Of a stretch of DNA of 64,000 nucleotides, positions 17,305 to 26,024 are shown piece after piece; position 1 is the stretch's first letter; the number at the start of each line of letters is the position of its first letter. This stretch comes from Solirubrobacterales bacterium (GTDB lineage: Bacteria > Actinomycetota > Thermoleophilia > Solirubrobacterales > 70-9). The notes under the pieces were generated by a model. That model made no database searches. It had not been told where the DNA came from and was given only the letters and a program-made list of their open reading frames with translations. The stretch lies in NCBI GenBank assembly GCA_045805765.1, contig JBJMKN010000066.1:1377-65376 (forward strand). Reading direction: 5' to 3'. A program made the translations under genes and the position numbers.

Positions 17305-17409
17305 CTAGTAGTCGCTCCTGAGAGTCGGGGTGTCGGTCAAGTATGCGCCGAGATCATGAATTCGCCTATAGGGATCAACCCCCTACGAGACCGGGACAAA
17401 CCCCTAGGG

Positions 17410-17457
17410 CGGCGTTCGTCCTTGGTTCCCCACACGGGCAACCAAGGACGAACGCCG
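17410..17457. repeat. Perfect 18-bp inverted repeat (12-nt loop) in the htpX / histidine-kinase divergent spacer
   Basis: cGGCGTTCGTCCTTGGTT-ccccacacgggc-AACCAAGGACGAACGCCg, checked base by base. It ends 20 nt before the kinase ATG at 17478. Confidence 0.9.
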
Positions 17458-17477
17458 AACGGAATTAGGCTTGCGGC

Positions 17478-18347
17478 ATGACCCTGCTCGTGATCGGGCT
17501 AGCGCTCGTGGTCTTGGCGCTCGCCTTGGCGCTTGTCCGGGAGCGGCGGCGGCTGCGGCCGCTCGAGGATCTGGTCGAGGCGATGGAGAAGGTCGACCTC
17601 TCCTCCCCGCGCCTCCACCTCCCCCCTTCGATCGACGGCGTCGGCGAGACCGAGGAGGTCGAGCGGCTCGAGCTTGCGTTCCTGCGGATGATGCGACGGC
17701 TCGAGGCCGAGCGCCGGCGGGCCGGGTCTGCCGCGCTGCACGCGCAGGAGGAGGAGCGGGCGCGGGTAGCGCGCGATCTCCACGACGAGGTCAACCAGTC
17801 GCTGACCGGCTTGCTGCTGCGGCTTGAGGCGGCCCGCGAGGCGGCGCCGCCGGAGTTGGAGAGTGAGCTCGCCGATACGAAGGCGCTGGCCAACCAGGCG
17901 ATGCGGGAGCTGCTCTCGCTCGCCCGCCAGCTGCGCCCGACCGCCCTCGACGACCTCGGCCTGGCAGCGGCGATCGGCGGCCAGGTCGAGCAGCTCGGGC
18001 GCGGCGAGATCGAGGCGAGACTCGATGTCGGGGGCGACTTCTCCGACCTCGGCGACGACGCCCAGCTCGTCGTCTACCGGGTCGCCCAGGAGGCGCTCTC
18101 CAACGCCGCCCGCCACAGCGGCGCCGGGCGGGTCGAGGTGCGGCTGCGCCGCGCCGAGGACGGCGGCGTCTCGCTCGAGGTGACCGACGACGGCCGCGGC
18201 TTCGCCTTCGACGAACAGCAGCGCGGCCTCGGGATCGGCGGCATGCGCGAGCGCGCCCTCCTCGTCGGCGGCGAGCTGACGATCGAGTCCCGCCCCGACG
18301 CCGGCACCACGGTCCGCCTCACGGTGCCAGGAGAATCGGCGCGATGA
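17478..18347 (+). CDS. Sensor histidine kinase, HisKA_3 (DesK/NarX/LiaS-like), single TM + HAMP-like linker, no extracytoplasmic domain
   Basis: ORF track. MTLLVIGLALVVLALALALV is the TM helix, LHDEVNQSL is the H-box, and the HATPase N/G boxes are EALSNAARHS, DDGRGF and GLGIGGMRERA. Confidence 0.85.
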   Translation: MTLLVIGLALVVLALALALVRERRRLRPLEDLVEAMEKVDLSSPRLHLPPSIDGVGETEEVERLELAFLRMMRRLEAERRRAGSAALHAQEEERARVARDLHDEVNQSLTGLLLRLEAAREAAPPELESELADTKALANQAMRELLSLARQLRPTALDDLGLAAAIGGQVEQLGRGEIEARLDVGGDFSDLGDDAQLVVYRVAQEALSNAARHSGAGRVEVRLRRAEDGGVSLEVTDDGRGFAFDEQQRGLGIGGMRERALLVGGELTIESRPDAGTTVRLTVPGESAR

Positions 18348-18973
18348 AGGTGCTGATCGCCGACGACCACGGGATCGTCCGCTCCGGGATCCGGCTGCTG
18401 CTGGAGCGCCAGCCGGACATCGAGGTCGTCGCCGAGGCCGCCGACGGGGCCGAGGCGCGCGACCTGGCGGTGCGGGAGCGGCCTGACCTGGCGATCCTCG
18501 ACGTGAAAATGCCGAAGCTGACCGGGCTGCAGGCGACGCGGGAGATCAAGAAGCAGGCGCCCGAGGTCTCGGTCCTGATCCTCTCGATGCACGACGACGA
18601 GCGCTACCTGTTCGAGGCGCTGAAAGCGGGCGCCTCGGGCTACGTGCTGAAGGCGCAGGCGGACACCGACCTCTTGGCGGCGATCCGGGCGGTCGAGCGA
18701 GGGGAGCCCTTCCTCTCCCCCGACGCGCAGCGGACGCTGATCAAGGACGTGCTCGAGCGCGGCTCCTCAGGCGAGGAGGAGCTGACGCCGCGCGAGGAGG
18801 AGATCGTCAAGCTCGTCGCCGAGGCGCACACCACCAGACAGATCGCCGAGGTCCTCCACCTCTCCGAGAAGACGGTCGAGAACCACCGCGCCAACGCGAT
18901 GCGCAAGCTCGGGATGCGCGACCGGGTCGAGCTGGTCCGCTACGCGATCCGCCGCGGCTTGATCGAGCCCTGA
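18344..18973 (+). CDS. Response regulator, NarL/FixJ (LuxR-type HTH) family
   Basis: ORF track. The receiver domain is MKVLIADDHGIVRSG...DLAILDVKMPKLTG. The LuxR HTH is LTPREEEIVKLVAEAHTTRQIAEVLHLSEKTVENHRANAMRKLG. It overlaps the kinase stop by 4 nt. Confidence 0.9.
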   Translation: MKVLIADDHGIVRSGIRLLLERQPDIEVVAEAADGAEARDLAVRERPDLAILDVKMPKLTGLQATREIKKQAPEVSVLILSMHDDERYLFEALKAGASGYVLKAQADTDLLAAIRAVERGEPFLSPDAQRTLIKDVLERGSSGEEELTPREEEIVKLVAEAHTTRQIAEVLHLSEKTVENHRANAMRKLGMRDRVELVRYAIRRGLIEP

Positions 18974-18992
18974 TCACCCGGCGGGGCCATAA

Positions 18993-19022
18993 CCGACCGC
19001 TTCAGTAGGATTTGAAGTCGAT
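18993..19022 (+). promoter_or_regulatory. Shared suf promoter/operator motif, copy 1 (upstream of or overlapping the Rrf2 gene start)
   Basis: CCGACCG-cttc-AGTAGGATT-tg-AAGTC-GAT. It contains a TAnnnT-type -10 (TAGGAT, 19006-19011) 9 nt before ATG 19021. A near-identical copy lies at 22942-22971. Confidence 0.55.
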
Positions 19023-19494
19023 GCTGTTCTCGACCAAAGCCGAGTACGGAGTTCGCCTGATGGTCGAGCTGGGCCGCCAGCCTGGCTCGCAACCCGTCTC
19101 GCTGGGCTCCGTCGCCGAAGCGGAGAACCTGCCGCTCTCCTACCTGGAGCACCTGGTGGCGAAACTGCGCAAGGCCGACCTCGTCACCTCCACCCGCGGC
19201 GCCCACGGCGGCTACCGCCTGGCGAAGCCCGCCGAGGAGATCACGATGGACGCGGTGGTCGAGGCGCTGGAAGGGCAGATCGCGCCGATGGAGTGCTTTC
19301 ACGACAGCCCGGAAGGGAAAGTCCTCTGCTCGCACGAGTCCGACGGCGACCAAGCCTGTTCGACGAAGCTGCTCTGGATGCGAGTCCAGGGCGGCGTCAC
19401 CAAGGCGCTGGCCGGGACCACCCTGGCCGAGCTGGTCGAGTTCTCCGACCAGAGCGCACAGAAGCGCGTCGCCGTCATCGGCAGCGCTGCTTAG
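19021..19494 (+). CDS. Rrf2-family transcriptional regulator (probable Fe-S-sensing, IscR/SufR-analogous role inferred)
   Basis: ORF 19012..19494; ATG 19021 gives MLFSTKAEYGVRLMVELG, a typical Rrf2 N-terminus. It has GAHGGYRLAKP and a three-Cys cluster (MECFHD...VLCSHESDGDQAC). Confidence 0.85.
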   Translation: MLFSTKAEYGVRLMVELGRQPGSQPVSLGSVAEAENLPLSYLEHLVAKLRKADLVTSTRGAHGGYRLAKPAEEITMDAVVEALEGQIAPMECFHDSPEGKVLCSHESDGDQACSTKLLWMRVQGGVTKALAGTTLAELVEFSDQSAQKRVAVIGSAA

Positions 19495-19535
19495 AACCCG
19501 CACAACTTCTGCATAACCCCCAGAAACGGAGCGAA

Positions 19536-20306
19536 ATGGCTGAGCTGGAGATACGGAACCTGCACGCGGAGGTCGAGGACAAGAAGATCCTCAAAGGCCT
19601 CGACCTCGATGTCGAGAAGGGGAAAGTGCATGCGCTGATGGGCCCCAACGGCTCCGGCAAGTCCACCCTCGCCAACGTGATCATGGGCCACCCGGCGTTC
19701 GAGGTGACCGAGGGCACGATCACCTTCAAGGGCGAGGACATCACCGAGGCCGCCCCCGAGGACCGCTCGCAGGCGGGCCTCTTCATGGCGTTCCAGTACC
19801 CCGTGGCAATCCCCGGCGTCTCGGTCAGCAAGTACCTGCGGATGATCATCAACGCCCAGCGCGAGGCCCGCGGCGAGGCGCAGATCAAGATCAAAGACTT
19901 CGCCCGGGTCGCCCAGGAGGCGATGGAGCTGGCGAACATCCCCAAAGACTTCTCCAGCCGCTACCTCAACGACGGCTTCTCCGGCGGCGAGAAGAAGCGG
20001 ATGGAGCTGCTGCAACTGGCGCTGCTGCGGCCCGAGATGGCGGTCCTCGACGAGACCGACTCCGGCCTCGACATCGACGCCCTGCGCACCGTCGCCGAAG
20101 GCGTGAACAAGTTCGCCGGGCCAGACATGGGCGTCCTCATCATCACCCACTACCAGCGCATCCTCCACATGGTGAAGCCGGATGCGGTCCACGTCATGTA
20201 CCAGGGCCGGATCGTCAAAGAAGGCGGGCCGGAGCTGGTCGGCGTGCTCGAGGAGAAGGGCTACGGCTGGATCAAAGAGGAGGTCGAGGCAGGCGCCGCA
20301 GCCTGA
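19536..20306 (+). CDS. sufC: Fe-S cluster assembly ATPase SufC
   Basis: Real part of ORF 19293..20306, starting at ATG 19536. MAELEIRNLHAEVEDKKILKGL, Walker A GPNGSGKST, FSGGEKKRMELLQ and AVLDETDSGLD. Confidence 0.95.
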   Translation: MAELEIRNLHAEVEDKKILKGLDLDVEKGKVHALMGPNGSGKSTLANVIMGHPAFEVTEGTITFKGEDITEAAPEDRSQAGLFMAFQYPVAIPGVSVSKYLRMIINAQREARGEAQIKIKDFARVAQEAMELANIPKDFSSRYLNDGFSGGEKKRMELLQLALLRPEMAVLDETDSGLDIDALRTVAEGVNKFAGPDMGVLIITHYQRILHMVKPDAVHVMYQGRIVKEGGPELVGVLEEKGYGWIKEEVEAGAAA

Positions 20307-20316
20307 CCTCGCAGAC

Positions 20317-21582
20317 ATGGAGCCGGTGAGCGCAGAGAGCCCCGCCGCGGCGGCGCCGTTCTCGATCGAGAAGGTGCGCGCTGCCTTCCCGGCGCTCGAG
20401 CGCGAGGTCAACGGGCAGCCGGTCGCCTACCTCGACAGCGGCGCCAGCTCCCAGCGGGTGCTGGCCTCGGTCCAGGCGGTCGACCGCTACGAGCGGCGCC
20501 ACCACTCCAACGTCCACCGTGGCTCCCACACGCTCTCGGCCGAGGCGACCGAAGCCTACGAGGGGGCGCGGGCCACGGTCGCCGACCACATCGGCGCCGG
20601 CGACCGCCGCGAGGTCGTCTTCGTCCGCAACGCGACCGAGGCGATCAACCTCGTCGCCCGCGCCTGGGGCGACGCCAACGTCAGTGAGGGCGACCGCATC
20701 GTCCTCACCGAGATGGAGCACCACTCCAACATCGTCCCCTGGCAGCAGCTGGCCGAACGGGTCGGGGCCGAGATCGACTGGGCGCCAGTCGACGACGAGG
20801 GGCAGCTGGACATGGACGCCTTCGCGGCGCTGCTCGAGCGCGGCCCGAAGCTCGTCGCCGTCGCCCACGTCTCCAACGTCCTCGGGACCGAGAACCCGAT
20901 CGCCGAGATCTCCCGGCTGAGCCACGCCGCCGGCGCCAAGGTCCTCATCGACGGCGCCCAAGCGGCGCCGAAGATGCCACTCGACATGGCCGATCTCGGG
21001 GCTGACTTCTACGCGATCACCGGCCACAAGCTCTACGCGCCGACCGGGATCGGCGCCCTCTGGACGCAGCTCGACCTGCTGCGGGAGATGCCGCCCTTCC
21101 TCGGCGGCGGCTCGATGATCCGCAAGGTCACCAGGGAGGGCACGACCTACGCCGACCCGCCCGCGCGCTTCGAGGCGGGGACGCCGGCGATCGCGCAGGC
21201 GATCGGGATGGCCTCCGCCTTCCGCTGGCTCGACATGGTCGGTATGGACGCCGTGCGCGAGCACGAGAAGCAGATCGCCGACTACGCGCTCGAGCGGGTC
21301 GCCGAGGTTCCGGGGTTACGCATCTTCGGCCCGCCCCGCGGCGCCGGCCGCCTCGGCCCGGTCTCTTTCGAGATCGAGGGCATCCACGCCCACGACGTCT
21401 CCGAGATCCTCGACCGCCACGGCGTCGCCGTCCGCGCCGGCCACCACTGCGCCCAGCCGCTGATGGACCGGCTGCAGATCGTCGCCACGGCGCGCGCCAG
21501 CTTCGGCGTCTACACGACGACCGAGGAGATCGACCGCCTCGTCGACGGCCTCGAAGACGCGCGTAAGGTGTTTGGCCTCTGA
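20317..21582 (+). CDS. sufS: Cysteine desulfurase SufS (class V aminotransferase, group II)
   Basis: ORF 20182..21582 trimmed to ATG 20317. AYLDSGASSQ, HRGSHTLS, HHSNIVPWQ, the PLP-Lys region ITGHKLYAPTGIG and active-site Cys in RAGHHCAQP. Confidence 0.9.
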   Translation: MEPVSAESPAAAAPFSIEKVRAAFPALEREVNGQPVAYLDSGASSQRVLASVQAVDRYERRHHSNVHRGSHTLSAEATEAYEGARATVADHIGAGDRREVVFVRNATEAINLVARAWGDANVSEGDRIVLTEMEHHSNIVPWQQLAERVGAEIDWAPVDDEGQLDMDAFAALLERGPKLVAVAHVSNVLGTENPIAEISRLSHAAGAKVLIDGAQAAPKMPLDMADLGADFYAITGHKLYAPTGIGALWTQLDLLREMPPFLGGGSMIRKVTREGTTYADPPARFEAGTPAIAQAIGMASAFRWLDMVGMDAVREHEKQIADYALERVAEVPGLRIFGPPRGAGRLGPVSFEIEGIHAHDVSEILDRHGVAVRAGHHCAQPLMDRLQIVATARASFGVYTTTEEIDRLVDGLEDARKVFGL

Positions 21583-22019
21583 TGGACGAGCTCTACCGCG
21601 ACCAGATCCTCGAGCACTACAAGCGCCCGCACAACTTCGGGCGGGTCGAGGACCCCGACCTCGAGTTCGAGGACACCAACCCGTTCTGTGGCGACGAGCA
21701 GCACGTGACGATCAAGCTCGACGCCGACGACCGGGTTGCCGAGATCGCCTTCGACGGCAAGGGCTGCGCGATCTCCACCGCCGCCACCTCCTTGCTCACG
21801 GACGAGCTCGTCGGCAAAAGCCGCGATGAGCTGCTGCAGCTGCCGAAAGATTTCGTCCTCGAGCTGCTCGGGATCGACATCTCGGCGACGCGGATGAAGT
21901 GCGCGATGCTCGGCCTCAAGGTCGTCAAGAGCGCCTCCCTCGGCCAATCGGCCGAATGGGAGGACGAGGGCGAGACCGGCGACCCCGCGGAAGCGGTCGC
22001 CGACCTCGGCCAGATGTAG
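21582..22019 (+). CDS. sufU: SufU/IscU-like sulfur-transfer scaffold protein
   Basis: ORF track. LYRDQILEHYKRPHNFG and three conserved Cys contexts (NPFCGDE, GKGCAIS, RMKCAML). The ATG overlaps the sufS stop (TGATG). Confidence 0.85.
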   Translation: MDELYRDQILEHYKRPHNFGRVEDPDLEFEDTNPFCGDEQHVTIKLDADDRVAEIAFDGKGCAISTAATSLLTDELVGKSRDELLQLPKDFVLELLGIDISATRMKCAMLGLKVVKSASLGQSAEWEDEGETGDPAEAVADLGQM

Positions 22020-22028
22020 CGAGACCGC

Positions 22029-22838
22029 CTAGATCAAGCCCTGCTCTTTCGCCCGAGCGATCGTCTGCTCGCTCGGCTGCATCACCGCGAAGGCGGCCCC
22101 GAAAGGATCGGTGACCATCGCGAAGCGGCCGGCCGGGATGTCCATCGGCCCGAACATCACCTGGCCGCCGAGCTGCTTGATCTTCTCGACGGCCTCGTCG
22201 GTGTCGACGCTGCCGAAGTAGACCATCCAGTGCGCCGGAACCTCGTCGGGGACCCGTCCCTTGATGTTGGCCATGCCGCCGATCCGCTTGCCGTCGACCT
22301 GCCACTCGGTGTAGGTCATCTCGCCCATGTCGTGGTCTTGGAACTCCCAGCCGAAGACGGCGCCGTAGAAGCGTTTCGCCCCGTCGGGGTCCCGGCTCTC
22401 CAGCTCGTTCCAGCCGACCGTGCCTTTCTCGTTGACGAGCTCCGACCCGGCGAAGTCGGCCGGCTCCCAGATCCCGAAGAAGGCTCCCTCCGGGTCGGTG
22501 AACATCGCGAGGCGCCCGTAGGTGGCGACCGTCATCGGCTCGGCGATCATCGTGCCGCCGTTTTCCTGGACGGCGCGGGCGATCGCGTCGGCGTCGTCGA
22601 CCGAGATGTAGGTGCTCCAGGCCGGGGGCTGGCCCTCCTGCATCAGCGGCATCGCCCCGGCGACGTCGCGGCCGCCGAGTTTGGCCCGGCGGTAGCCGCC
22701 CATTTCGGCCGAGTTCGGCAGCTCGGGAATCTCCCAGCCGAACAGCTCGCCGTAGAAGCGCTCGGCCGCATCCAGGTCCGGCGTCGCCAGGTCCACCCAG
22801 CAGGGGGTCCCGGGCGCATAACTGGTCCTCTCGCTCAT
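22029..22838 (-). CDS. Two-domain VOC (glyoxalase/bleomycin-resistance/dioxygenase) family protein
   Basis: ORF track. The module is duplicated: PGTPCWVDLATPDLDAAERFYGELFGWE and VGWNELESRDPDGAKRFYGAVFGWE. Confidence 0.8.
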   Translation of the reverse strand: MSERTSYAPGTPCWVDLATPDLDAAERFYGELFGWEIPELPNSAEMGGYRRAKLGGRDVAGAMPLMQEGQPPAWSTYISVDDADAIARAVQENGGTMIAEPMTVATYGRLAMFTDPEGAFFGIWEPADFAGSELVNEKGTVGWNELESRDPDGAKRFYGAVFGWEFQDHDMGEMTYTEWQVDGKRIGGMANIKGRVPDEVPAHWMVYFGSVDTDEAVEKIKQLGGQVMFGPMDIPAGRFAMVTDPFGAAFAVMQPSEQTIARAKEQGLI

Positions 22839-22941
22839 CCTCAGAATCCTTTCGTCGCAGGTGTCCTGTAGATAAGACCAGAGCGGCGGCGCGAATTCAT
22901 CGCCCTCCTGTAAAAGGCCCGCCGAGGCGCCCCGCTAAAAT

Positions 22942-22971
22942 CCGACCGTAGAAGTAGGATTAAGTCTCGAT
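22942..22971 (+). promoter_or_regulatory. Shared suf promoter/operator motif, copy 2 (upstream of Rieske-sufBD)
   Basis: CCGACCG-taga-AGTAGGATT-AAGTC-TCGAT. TAGGAT at 22955-22960 lies about 55 nt upstream of the TTG start at 23015. Confidence 0.55.
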
Positions 22972-23014
22972 CCGCACTAGGCCGTGACTGGCGGCTGACT
23001 GGAGCACCACCCTC

Positions 23015-23344
23015 TTGACCGACACCGCAGGAACCAAGATCCCCGTCTGCCCGGCAGCCGAGCTGCCCGAGGGCCAGATGCGCCTGGTCGAGCACGAGGG
23101 GAAGAAAATCGGCGTCTTCAACTGCGAGGGGACGCTGTACGCGATCGAGGACCGCTGCTCCCACGACAACGGGCCGCTGGCCGAGGGCGAGTTCGACGCA
23201 GCCGCCTGCACCGTCGAGTGCCCGCGCCACGGCTCCCTCTTCGACCTCAGCACCGGTAGGCCGAAGACGCTCCCAGCTTTTCAGCCGGTGCAAACGTTCC
23301 CGGTAGAGATCGAGGACGACACCATCACCCTGGAGGTCGACTGA
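23015..23344 (+). CDS. Rieske [2Fe-2S] ferredoxin (non-haem iron oxygenase ferredoxin-subunit type)
   Basis: ORF track. Rieske ligand boxes CSHDNGPL and CPRHGSLFD. It lies directly upstream of sufB (2-nt gap). Confidence 0.85.
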   Translation: MTDTAGTKIPVCPAAELPEGQMRLVEHEGKKIGVFNCEGTLYAIEDRCSHDNGPLAEGEFDAAACTVECPRHGSLFDLSTGRPKTLPAFQPVQTFPVEIEDDTITLEVD

Positions 23345-23345
23345 C

Positions 23346-24779
23346 ATGGCAACGCCCGAGGTACTCGCCGAGAAACGCGAGCTGGCCGGCATCAACGCCG
23401 ACTACAAGGAGAAGTTCGGCTTCCACGACTCGGAGACCGGCTACGCCTACAAAGCGCCCAAGGGGCTGACCCGCGAGGTCGTCGAAACGATCTCCGACTT
23501 CAAGGAAGAGCCGAAGTGGATGCGGGACTTCCGGCTGAAGGCGCTGGAGCACTTCGAAAGCCGCCCGACCCCTAAATGGGGCGGCGACCTCGACCAGATC
23601 GACTTCGACGACATCCACTACTTCGTCCGCGCCTCGGAGAAGAACAGCCGCGACTGGAGCGAGGTCCCGGACGACATCAAAAACACCTTCGACCGGCTGG
23701 GGATCCCGGAGGCCGAGCGCAAATTCCTCGCCGGCGTCGGGGCGCAGTACGAGTCCGAGGTCGTCTACCACCAGGTCAACGAGAAGCTCGAGGCCCAGGG
23801 CGTGATCTTCACCGACATGGACACCGCCTTGCGCGAGCACGAGGACCTGGTCCGCGAGCACTGGGCGACGATCATCCCGCCCAACGACAACAAACTGGCG
23901 GCGCTGAACAGCGCCGTTTGGTCGGGAGGCTCCTTCGTCTACGTCCCCGCCGGGGTCAAGGTCGAGATGCCGCTGCAGGCTTACTTCCGGATCAACACCG
24001 AGAACATGGGCCAGTTCGAGCGGACGCTGATCCTCTGCGAGGAGGGTGCCGACGTCCACTACATCGAGGGCTGCACGGCGCCCGTCTACTCCAGCGACTC
24101 GCTGCACTCGGCCGTGGTCGAGATCGTCGCCAAGAAGAGCAGCCGGGTCCGTTACACGACGGTCCAGAACTGGTCGCAGAACGTCTTCAACCTCGTCACC
24201 AAGCGCGCCGTCGCGCACGAGAAGGCGACGATGGAGTGGGTCGACTGCAACCTCGGCTCGAAACTGACGATGAAGTACCCGTCGATCTACCTGATGGGCC
24301 CGGAAGCCCACGGCGAGATCCTCTCGATCGCCTTCGCCGGCGAGGGCCAGCACCAGGACGCCGGCGGCAAGATCATCCACGCGGCGCCGCGGACCTCGTC
24401 CTCGATCTTCTCCAAGTCGATCTCCAAAGACGGCGGCCGGGCGACCTACCGCGGCCTGCTCGAAGTCGCCGACGGGGCGAGCGAATCCCGCTCCAAGGTC
24501 GTCTGCGACGCGCTGCTCCTCGACGAGGACTCGCGCTCGGACACCTACCCGACGATTCGGATCGACGAGAACGACGCCGACATCGGCCACGAGGCGACCG
24601 TCTCCAAAATCGGCGACGAGCAGCTCTTCTACCTGCAGAGCCGCGGGCTCGACGAGGAGGAGGCCTCGAAGATGATCGTCAACGGCTTCATCGAGCCGGT
24701 GACCAAGGAGTTGCCGATGGAGTACGCGGTAGAGCTCAACCGCCTGATCGAGTTGCAGATGGAGGGCTCCATTGGCTGA
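23346..24779 (+). CDS. sufB: Fe-S cluster assembly scaffold SufB
   Basis: ORF track. [52 protein letters not shown]. Confidence 0.95.
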   Translation: MATPEVLAEKRELAGINADYKEKFGFHDSETGYAYKAPKGLTREVVETISDFKEEPKWMRDFRLKALEHFESRPTPKWGGDLDQIDFDDIHYFVRASEKNSRDWSEVPDDIKNTFDRLGIPEAERKFLAGVGAQYESEVVYHQVNEKLEAQGVIFTDMDTALREHEDLVREHWATIIPPNDNKLAALNSAVWSGGSFVYVPAGVKVEMPLQAYFRINTENMGQFERTLILCEEGADVHYIEGCTAPVYSSDSLHSAVVEIVAKKSSRVRYTTVQNWSQNVFNLVTKRAVAHEKATMEWVDCNLGSKLTMKYPSIYLMGPEAHGEILSIAFAGEGQHQDAGGKIIHAAPRTSSSIFSKSISKDGGRATYRGLLEVADGASESRSKVVCDALLLDEDSRSDTYPTIRIDENDADIGHEATVSKIGDEQLFYLQSRGLDEEEASKMIVNGFIEPVTKELPMEYAVELNRLIELQMEGSIG

Positions 24780-25881
24780 GCAGGCCTTGGCCCTCCCACC
24801 CCTGCCGAATCAGAAGACGAAGGGGTGGGAATTCACCGACATCTCCGCGCTCGACTTCGATGCCTATGAGACGGCCGAGGCGGTACCGGTCATCGCGGGC
24901 GGCGCTGGAGCCACGGTTCTCGACCTCGCCGAGGCGGCCGATTCGCACCCGGACCTGGTCGGCAGACTGGGGACCCTCGTCCCAAGTGACGACCCGTTCG
25001 TCGCACGCAATGAGGCGGCCTCCCGCCAAGGGGTGCTCATCCACGTCGCGGCCGGCGTTACGTTGACCGAGCCAATCCAGATCGAGGTGCCGATCAGTTC
25101 CGCAGGCGCCGCCGTGAACTGGCGAACGCTGATCGTGCTCGAGGAGGGCGCCGAAGCGGAGGTCTGGGAGCACTGGTCCTCGCCCGACGACGAGGTCGAC
25201 GCGGTGCTGAACTCGGTCGTCGAGCTGGCGGTCGGCCAGGCGGCGACCCTGCGCTACGTCAACACCCAGGACATCTCCGAGAAGAGCTGGATCTTCGCCA
25301 CGCAGCGCGCCGAGGTGCAGCGCGACGGCCGACTCGACTGGGCGGCCCTCGGCTTCGGCTCAGCGCGCGGCAAGGTGCGGATGGAGACCAAGCTCGCCGG
25401 CCCGGGCTCCGAGGCCCGCGTGACCGGCGGCTACGCCGGCGGCGCCGGGCAGCACCTGGACTTCGACACGCTGCAGGAGCACGCAGCGCCGAACACCAAC
25501 TCCGACCTCGCCTTCCGCGGCGTCCTCGCCGCCGGCGCCACCGCTGTCTGGCGCGGGATGATCAAGGTGGACCCGGGAGCGCAGCAGACCGACGCCTTTC
25601 AGGAGAGCCGCAACCTGCTGCTCTCGCCCGAGGCGCACGCCGACGCCATCCCCGGCCTCGAGATCCTCGCCGACGACGTCCGCTGCACCCACGCCGCCGC
25701 GATCGCCCAGGTCGACAAGGATCAGCTCTTCTACCTCACCTCCCGCGGCCTCGACGACGAGACCGCGAAGGCGCTGATCATCGAAGGCTTCCTCGAGTCC
25801 CTGGTCGAACGCCTGGCCGAGGGCCCCGTCCGCGACAGCATCAGCGAGGCGCTGGAGACGCGCCTCGCCGAGATCCTCTAG
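24772..25881 (+). CDS. sufD: Fe-S cluster assembly protein SufD
   Basis: ORF track. The TTG start overlaps the sufB end by 8 nt. C-terminal [22 protein letters not shown] is typical of the SufB/SufD fold. Confidence 0.9.
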   Translation: MAEQALALPPLPNQKTKGWEFTDISALDFDAYETAEAVPVIAGGAGATVLDLAEAADSHPDLVGRLGTLVPSDDPFVARNEAASRQGVLIHVAAGVTLTEPIQIEVPISSAGAAVNWRTLIVLEEGAEAEVWEHWSSPDDEVDAVLNSVVELAVGQAATLRYVNTQDISEKSWIFATQRAEVQRDGRLDWAALGFGSARGKVRMETKLAGPGSEARVTGGYAGGAGQHLDFDTLQEHAAPNTNSDLAFRGVLAAGATAVWRGMIKVDPGAQQTDAFQESRNLLLSPEAHADAIPGLEILADDVRCTHAAAIAQVDKDQLFYLTSRGLDDETAKALIIEGFLESLVERLAEGPVRDSISEALETRLAEIL

Positions 25882-26015
25882 CTCGGTTCTTCCTCTTCGT
25901 CCCTAGCCCGCCGCTGCGCGATCGTGCTGCGGGCGATTGCAAAGGCGACGATCAGGACCGGGATCGCGTAGAGGACCCAGAGGGCGTAATGGCCGACGTG
26001 GGCAAGCGGTAGCAC
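25878..26015 (-). CDS. Small (45-aa) single-TM protein, not in the ORF track (below its length cut-off)
   Basis: Translated codon by codon: GTG at 26015, preceded by GGGGAGGAGAG and only 9 nt after the upstream gene stop. The sequence is [45 protein letters not shown]-stop. The hydrophobic core plus charged tail looks protein-like. Confidence 0.4.
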   Translation of the reverse strand: MLPLAHVGHYALWVLYAIPVLIVAFAIARSTIAQRRARDEEEEPS

Positions 26016-26024
26016 TCTCCTCCC

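Noticed and set aside
17365-17373. Recurring CCTATAGG-type mini-palindromes (17365, 31929, 35178, and a similar one at about 57354)
   Set aside because: They share only 8-9 nt and sit in different contexts (a spacer, a hairpin loop, a coding tail). That is insufficient to call a motif family.
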